From positions 1 to 39,999 of IMG/VR virus record IMGVR_UViG_3300037423_000619: a stretch of DNA of 39,999 nt; one strand, given 5' to 3'. The position numbers and the translations under genes were made by a program. Below, one piece after another: positions 34,810 to 39,999 of the stretch. The stretch's first letter is position 1. Each line of letters opens with the position of its first letter. The notes beneath the pieces were generated by a model. It ran no database searches. It was given only the letters and a program-made list of their open reading frames with translations, and was not told where the DNA came from. This stretch comes from a virus. Its lineage: Duplodnaviria > Caudoviricetes.

Positions 34810-36413
34810 CCGGTCGACAGCTGGCCGTTTTCATAGAGCAGATCGAGCGACACGAGTTCGGCATCCGGCGAGGCCGTCACGCCGCACGTCACCTGCACCT
34901 GATAGGAGATGGTGAAGCCGGTTTTGCCGCCACCGCGCCAGCGGACAATCGTCTGCCGCTCGGCCTGTGCCGCGTCCCATTTCGCCTGATCCCATAGGCC
35001 GACATCCCACAGATCGAGCGCCGTTGTGTCGGGCGCGGAGTTGGGAGCGACAGGCCATTGGGTTTGGTAGTTCACCGACAGCGAGAGCTGCGAAAGGAAG
35101 TCTCGGCTCGCGCGCCAGGTCTCACGGATCATGCGCACCGTCTTGGTGATGCCAGGATTGCGCAGATGATCGAACTGGCCGGCGATCTGTGCGGTGTAGA
35201 TCTTGCCGTTGTCGTTGCCGCCGATTTCGGCCTGCATCACCTTGCCGTCTGACGTCCCGAAATACGCCCATCCGGCGTGCATGACGAGGCATTGCGTGTC
35301 CCAGCCGCTATATTCGGCCCAAGCCCCTGTTTCGAGGTTTACGACAAAGCATTTTGGTTCGGTCGATGTCGTCTTGGGCAGCGACACGATTCCCATGCTG
35401 AAGTTCGGGAACTTGACCATCTCCCACGGATTGCCGTTGCGTGCGCTCACCTCAGAACGCCAGTCCGGTTCGATGTTGCGGCTGATCGCGGCGAGCGACA
35501 ATGCCGCCGGGTCTTTCGTTACCACCTGAGACAGCGGCACGATGCCATCCTGCGTTTCCAGCAGCAGATCGCCTGCGATCGGCAGCATGGCGCGCTTGCC
35601 CATAAGAGGCGAGATGTCATAGCGGCCGACCAGGTTCCAGTTGTTCGCGTCGGACGGGTCCGAACCCTCGTAAACGGCAACCTCGCCATTGTCAGAAATG
35701 AACACGCAACGGTCATCGATACCGTCGCCAGCATCGAGCGACCAGGTTGCCCCGGTCAGCAGCGAGCCGCCGTTCTGAAAGATGCCGGCCAAGCTGATCT
35801 GCGTCGCGGCGCCGCCGATGGAATCGACTGGCAGCGCCCATGCGTACATCGAGCCGGCTTGAACGAAGAACAGGCGCTTTCGGTAAACCCAGACGTGGCT
35901 GAGCGTGCTCGTGGTCACTCCGGTGATGGCCGGCGTTGATGCGTTGTCGATCGCCGTCCAGGTCGTTCCGTTGTAGAGCCTTGGCTTGTCGCTGCCGTTG
36001 ACGATGTAGAGGAAGCTGCCGCCCGACGTGGCGAACTGTGCGAACGAGTAGTAGCCTGTAGTCTGACCCGAAAAGGCAGCGGCCGGGATGATGGTCGGAT
36101 CGGCCACCGAAGAGACATCGAACACCTTGTCGGCTGTGGCTGCGAAATGCTTATGCACACCGCCCGAGACATAGGTGAACATCGACAGGCAGGCCGCAGC
36201 GTTTGCGACGGTCGCGATGAGCTTGGACCCGCCGCGAATGCGGATGCCAGTCTGCGTTGGAAACGCGTTCACGAGAACCTTGGCGCCAAGCGGCTGCGCG
36301 CCGGCCAGGTTCTCGTTTGAAATCTTGCCGCGGACCGGCGCGGGGAAGGTCGCCAGCACGCCCTGCTGTTGCTGAGGCGCTGCGACGGGGACGCGGCGAT
36401 AAGCTCGCCTCAC
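34806..36413 (-). CDS. Tail nozzle / DNA stabilization protein (P22 gp10 / tubular B-like)
   Basis: 535 aa, beta-propeller-like; WDVGLWDQAKWD motif; position after the adaptor. Confidence 0.75.
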   Translation of the reverse strand: MRRAYRRVPVAAPQQQQGVLATFPAPVRGKISNENLAGAQPLGAKVLVNAFPTQTGIRIRGGSKLIATVANAAACLSMFTYVSGGVHKHFAATADKVFDVSSVADPTIIPAAAFSGQTTGYYSFAQFATSGGSFLYIVNGSDKPRLYNGTTWTAIDNASTPAITGVTTSTLSHVWVYRKRLFFVQAGSMYAWALPVDSIGGAATQISLAGIFQNGGSLLTGATWSLDAGDGIDDRCVFISDNGEVAVYEGSDPSDANNWNLVGRYDISPLMGKRAMLPIAGDLLLETQDGIVPLSQVVTKDPAALSLAAISRNIEPDWRSEVSARNGNPWEMVKFPNFSMGIVSLPKTTSTEPKCFVVNLETGAWAEYSGWDTQCLVMHAGWAYFGTSDGKVMQAEIGGNDNGKIYTAQIAGQFDHLRNPGITKTVRMIRETWRASRDFLSQLSLSVNYQTQWPVAPNSAPDTTALDLWDVGLWDQAKWDAAQAERQTIVRWRGGGKTGFTISYQVQVTCGVTASPDAELVSLDLLYENGQLSTG

Positions 36414-37120
36414 GGCGTCACCGTGATCGGCAGGGCCATGTCGACATTGCTAGGCGTTCGCACGTTGCCGATGATCATAGTTCGGCCGCCCTTGTCCTTC
36501 GCGATGAGCTTTTCCTTCAGCTCCTCGTAATTTTGCATGTCCTCGCCGTAGGCCAGGCCCTTGTTGGCCTTCCACTGCCAGATGATGCCGAGCTTCAGCA
36601 GCTGGTCATCGAGCCGAAACATGTCGGCATCCGCCGTGAACGTCTGCTTGACCGTCACGACGTCGTTTTCGTCCTTGGACTTCACGAGATTGACGCTCTG
36701 ATACCAGTGCTTGGCAGTGGCACCGGCACCGAGCGCTGTCTTGATGTGGATCTGGCCGCCGAAGATAGTCCATGCCCCGAAAACAAGGCTGATGTTCTGC
36801 ACCTCGTAGGCCAGCCAGGTATCGCGGTCAGGGATAGCGCTGAGCGGGCTCTGGATGCTTGTCGACCAGACTTTGGCCGATACCGGCATGCGGTCGAAAT
36901 CCGACGGCAAGTCGAAGTCTTCCGTCACGCCGTCGCCGGTATAGGTCGCGATGGCCGCAAGCGCCTGCCAATCGTAGGCGCGGCCGATCCTCTCCGCCAT
37001 CTCATTGGCGAGCGACGCCAGTTCGACGTGCTCGCGCTCTTGGGACGTCATGAACACGGTCGGCACGTCAATGCCGATGACCGTGGCCACGTCCTTGATG
37101 ATGGAGAGGATCGAAGCCAT
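36410..37120 (-). CDS. Head-tail adaptor (tail tubular A-like)
   Basis: 236 aa; DLPSDFDRM, LLKLGIIWQWK..KG..Y; position. Confidence 0.7.
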   Translation of the reverse strand: MASILSIIKDVATVIGIDVPTVFMTSQEREHVELASLANEMAERIGRAYDWQALAAIATYTGDGVTEDFDLPSDFDRMPVSAKVWSTSIQSPLSAIPDRDTWLAYEVQNISLVFGAWTIFGGQIHIKTALGAGATAKHWYQSVNLVKSKDENDVVTVKQTFTADADMFRLDDQLLKLGIIWQWKANKGLAYGEDMQNYEELKEKLIAKDKGGRTMIIGNVRTPSNVDMALPITVTP

Positions 37121-37893
37121 CAGGCGGCAACCTTCTTCTTCGCGGCAAGCTCGGTATTGGCTTCATCAGCCTTCGCGATCAACTCTTCCCTGGTCCATGT
37201 CGGATCGGCGCCGAAGCCGCCCGACTGAAGCCAGTTGCGAATGTCGTCATCCTCGTAGCTTTCGAAGGGCGATGGCTCGCCATTCTCCCGGGCCGGCGCC
37301 GCAGATGCCTTGGTCGCCTTGCTGGCTTTTGCCGGGGCGGTCTTGGCGTTGCTCTGCAGTTCGCCCATCTGCTTCTGAAGATCGGCAATGAGCGCCCGCA
37401 TGGCATCGTTTTCGGCGGCGAGACGCGTGACGTCGGCCGAGCCGTTCGCCTTGTCGAGATAGGCTTGCGCCTGGTTCTTCAATTCGCGCCCGCCCATGCC
37501 CAACATCTTCAGCGGGCCGCCGTCGAGTTGCGCCAAGGCTTCGGCCGACTTGATGTTGAGGGCCTTCAACTCGGCGCGCTTCGATTCCGTCAAGAACGGC
37601 AGTTCGGAAAGCGGCGTGCCAGTGCCCTGTTCGATCAGGCCCTGCTTGAACCGCTCATAGATCGGCTGGAATTCCTGCGCGTAGGTGATCCACTCGCTAT
37701 CGCCGTTCGGGAGGCTGCGGCGCTTATAGTATTCATGCGCGGGAGCGACGTGCACGCGCAGCTTGTCGCCTGCGAACTTCACTTCCACGAATTCCTTGTC
37801 TTCGAAGATCGGCCTGCCCTGCTTCTTGCTCTCGACAGGGTTTTCAACAGCCGCGGTGTAGAAGCGCGGCGCGATAAGGTCTTGGTTCGCCAT
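37120..37893 (-). CDS. Phage hypothetical protein (head module)
   Basis: 257 aa; GTPLSELPFL..AELKALNI...EALA helix-hairpin-like segment. Confidence 0.75.
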   Translation of the reverse strand: MANQDLIAPRFYTAAVENPVESKKQGRPIFEDKEFVEVKFAGDKLRVHVAPAHEYYKRRSLPNGDSEWITYAQEFQPIYERFKQGLIEQGTGTPLSELPFLTESKRAELKALNIKSAEALAQLDGGPLKMLGMGGRELKNQAQAYLDKANGSADVTRLAAENDAMRALIADLQKQMGELQSNAKTAPAKASKATKASAAPARENGEPSPFESYEDDDIRNWLQSGGFGADPTWTREELIAKADEANTELAAKKKVAA

Positions 37894-37930
37894 TGGGGAA
37901 AAATCCTTTTCCGTCTGAGGGAGTGCGAAA

Positions 37931-37960
37931 GCGAAAAGCGGAGCCCCGAAAGGCTCCGCT
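37931..37960 (-). terminator. Intrinsic terminator after the capsid genes
   Basis: agcggagcc-tttcgg-ggctccgct then TTT on the minus strand. Confidence 0.8.
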
Positions 37961-37973
37961 CAGGTTCGAAGGA

Positions 37974-38483
37974 TCAGACGATCTGACCCTGGAGGAACGG
38001 ACGGTTGATCTGGATCACCGCGAGACCGGCCGACGGCGTGCCGGTGGTGGTCGACACTTTCGCGTTGAGCACCTGCTCGCCGTTCACCGGAGCATCGTCC
38101 ACGCTGCCGGGCGTTGCCGCCAGCATGAACACATCCGCGCCGGGAACCATGGCGTTCGGCGCCTTGACAACCGCCGCGCCGCCGATCTGGTACCAACCGT
38201 ACTGGTTGGCCACATTGGCGGACATGGCGGCAGCGACGGGACCGTTGCCACCGGTGGCCGGGGCAATGGTCGTCGTGCCAAGATACTGGTCGTAGGTGAC
38301 CAGCGTGCCGACGCCAGTGCTGGCGACGCCTTTCAGGTAGATGAACTCGCCAACGCCATAGACCGGATCGACGGCACGGACGATATCGCCAAGTTTCCAC
38401 GGCACGCGTCCCGCCTGATCGGCCGCCTGGGTGACGGCGATCGGCGGCAAGCCGAGGTGGGGAGTTTCGAAAACGTAAGCCAT
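37974..38483 (-). CDS. Capsid decoration/cement-like protein
   Basis: 169 aa directly after the MCP; GEFIYLKG, NQYGWYQI.G; GGAGGA RBS. Confidence 0.7.
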   Translation of the reverse strand: MAYVFETPHLGLPPIAVTQAADQAGRVPWKLGDIVRAVDPVYGVGEFIYLKGVASTGVGTLVTYDQYLGTTTIAPATGGNGPVAAAMSANVANQYGWYQIGGAAVVKAPNAMVPGADVFMLAATPGSVDDAPVNGEQVLNAKVSTTTGTPSAGLAVIQINRPFLQGQIV

Positions 38484-38496
38484 GTTCGGGTCCTCC

Positions 38497-39510
38497 TTAC
38501 GCGGCCGGGTTGCTGTCGTAGATCTTGATCTGCGAAAGCGGGTTGACCATCGTCAGCTCGCCCATCAGACCGATGTACTGAACGACACCATCCTGGTTGA
38601 TGGGCATCATCGCCTTGCCGATCTTCGAGAAGTTGCGTTCCGGGTGATAGCGGAAGCGCAGCGAGTCGGTATCGAGCAGGTAGGAGACATTCGACGGCAT
38701 GTTGGAGCCGATGCCACCTTCCAGAACGATGTCCATCTGCTTGCCGGCGCCGAAGAACTTCAGCGACGTGAAGCCGAGCTTGCCCAGCTTGTTCTCGTCG
38801 TTGATGCGCTGAATGGCGACGGTGGCGGCGTCGTAAGCCTGATAGTGCTCCGACGATGCCAGGATGAGGTTCGGGCCACGCTTGCCGCGCGAACGGGCAA
38901 TGATGGCCTGCTGATAGATCGAGCGGACGGTGGTCGAGTTCACCTGCGTGATGCCGGAAAACGCCGAGTTCGCGTCGTAGCTCGTGGTGCGCCAGATCGG
39001 ATTCGCAGCGCGGTCGATGCCGCCATACGTGCCCGAGTTGACGGTGGTCGGAACAGCCAATTGCAGGCCGCCGAGTTCCTTACCGCCGAAGCCGGTACCG
39101 GCCGAGTGCAGTGAGGCGTCGGTGAGGTCCTGCAGTTCCTGCTCAGCAGCCGCGATGTGAACTTCCATCACGTCTTCAAGCTGGCCATCGCCGGAGTTCT
39201 GCAGGATCTGCTCGTTGCTCAACGCCACCGCGACAGCCGCCATTTTCGGCGTGTATTCGGCGTCGTTGATCAGTTCCGCCGGCACCGGGTTGAGGAAGTC
39301 CCAACCATTGTACCAGACGCCGGAACCGGTCTCGTTGTAGAGCAGACGTTCACGGATACGCGGTCCCGAATAAGGCTTCCACAGACCCTTCTCCTGAAGG
39401 GTGTAGAGAAGCACATTCGAGTTGGAAACCAGGTCCTGGTACCCTGCGGAACGATCCTCAAGGGCCAGCGACAGGATTTCCTGATTTTTTTCTACGGAAG
39501 TGAGCGCCAT
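38497..39510 (-). CDS. Major capsid protein
   Basis: 337 aa after the scaffold; GGLQLAV, TYGGIDRA...WR, GFTSLKF, GELT..N HK97-fold capsid-like motifs; AGGAG RBS. Confidence 0.88.
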   Translation of the reverse strand: MALTSVEKNQEILSLALEDRSAGYQDLVSNSNVLLYTLQEKGLWKPYSGPRIRERLLYNETGSGVWYNGWDFLNPVPAELINDAEYTPKMAAVAVALSNEQILQNSGDGQLEDVMEVHIAAAEQELQDLTDASLHSAGTGFGGKELGGLQLAVPTTVNSGTYGGIDRAANPIWRTTSYDANSAFSGITQVNSTTVRSIYQQAIIARSRGKRGPNLILASSEHYQAYDAATVAIQRINDENKLGKLGFTSLKFFGAGKQMDIVLEGGIGSNMPSNVSYLLDTDSLRFRYHPERNFSKIGKAMMPINQDGVVQYIGLMGELTMVNPLSQIKIYDSNPAA

Positions 39511-39535
39511 TGTGGCGTTCTCCTATCGAATGCGA

Positions 39536-39999
39536 TTACCCGATAGCCGCACGGGCGTTTCGGATGGCATCGCGGATTGAGGTGGAGGAACCCCGCTTGC
39601 CCGGGTTTGAGCCGGCATTCGGTGCTCCTTGGGTGGTGAGTGAGCCCTTTCGCGTCTGAGGCGCGGGATCGGTTGCGAGCGTCTGAGGCTCTGCGATGAC
39701 CGGAGCGGCGGGGAGCGGATTCAGCATCTCCGCGCGCCGGTAAGCTTCCGGCAGATCGAACCCTGCGTTGATCTGCCGAACTATTTCGTCTGACAGTTCC
39801 TCGATGCGAGGGTGATCAGCCGTGAATTCCGTAAGCTGCTTTTCGAGGGCCGTCTGAGCCTGCTGCGAAAGCGTGTTGTTGACCCCGCCGATGGTCTGCT
39901 TGAGCGAGGCGATTTCGTTGCGCAGTTCGCGAATGGTGGCGTCGTTCTGGCTTTGCACCTGGTCGGGCTGCTGGCCCATGATGTGCGCCGCCACTTCGC
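39536..39999 (-). CDS. Capsid scaffolding protein, 3' part
   Basis: Continuation of the ORF starting at 806; LPEAYRRA and terminal SIRDAIRNA helix. Confidence 0.8.
   Translation of the reverse strand, partial: EVAAHIMGQQPDQVQSQNDATIRELRNEIASLKQTIGGVNNTLSQQAQTALEKQLTEFTADHPRIEELSDEIVRQINAGFDLPEAYRRAEMLNPLPAAPVIAEPQTLATDPAPQTRKGSLTTQGAPNAGSNPGKRGSSTSIRDAIRNARAAIG
39873..39999 (+). repeat. Terminal direct repeat, copy 2
   Basis: Identical to 1-127. Confidence 0.95.

Larger units (their letters stand above)
1..39999. mobile_element. Complete temperate phage genome (circular contig, ~39,872 bp unique), podovirus-like
   Basis: Full set of packaging, head, tail, lysis, immunity, replication and integration genes; no host housekeeping genes; exact 127-bp terminal overlap. 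Confidence 0.95.

Noticed and set aside
1-39999. CRISPR array, reverse transcriptase/DGR, or invertible tail-fibre cassette
   Set aside because: No spaced repeats, no RT motifs, no TR/VR pair and no invertase seen

Overview
The window is an apparently complete, circularly permuted temperate phage genome of about 39,872 bp. Bases 1-127 are repeated exactly at 39873-39999, and the scaffolding gene reads in frame across that junction, which points to an assembly overlap rather than a real genome end. The virion looks podovirus-like: P22 gp3-like small terminase, large terminase, portal, scaffold, capsid, two tail-tube/adaptor proteins, a GNAT protein, three putative ejection proteins, a tail fibre, and no tape measure or sheath. 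It also carries a GH19 endolysin/holin/spanin lysis cassette, a lambda-like CI/Cro switch with visible operators on both sides of cI, a divergent Arc/Mnt-like pair, a replication block (initiator, Zn-finger/Toprim primase, RNase HI, DGQHR ParB-like protein), and xis/int plus an attP-like region. High GC and promoter style suggest an alphaproteobacterial (rhizobial-type) host; this is inference only. The best candidates for undescribed biology are: (1) a cassette at 9320-9915 with twin operators, an unannotated 22-aa peptide, a hairpin, an antisense promoter and an HTH gene; (2) a BRO-N protein whose C-terminus resembles the abortive-infection protein BstA, behind a structured leader; (3) a GCA-N4-CTCAGAC motif beside the start of several packaging/head genes; (4) an ejection protein with two peptidoglycan hydrolase domains delimited by peptide repeats. 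All family calls come from motif recognition by eye; no database searches were run.
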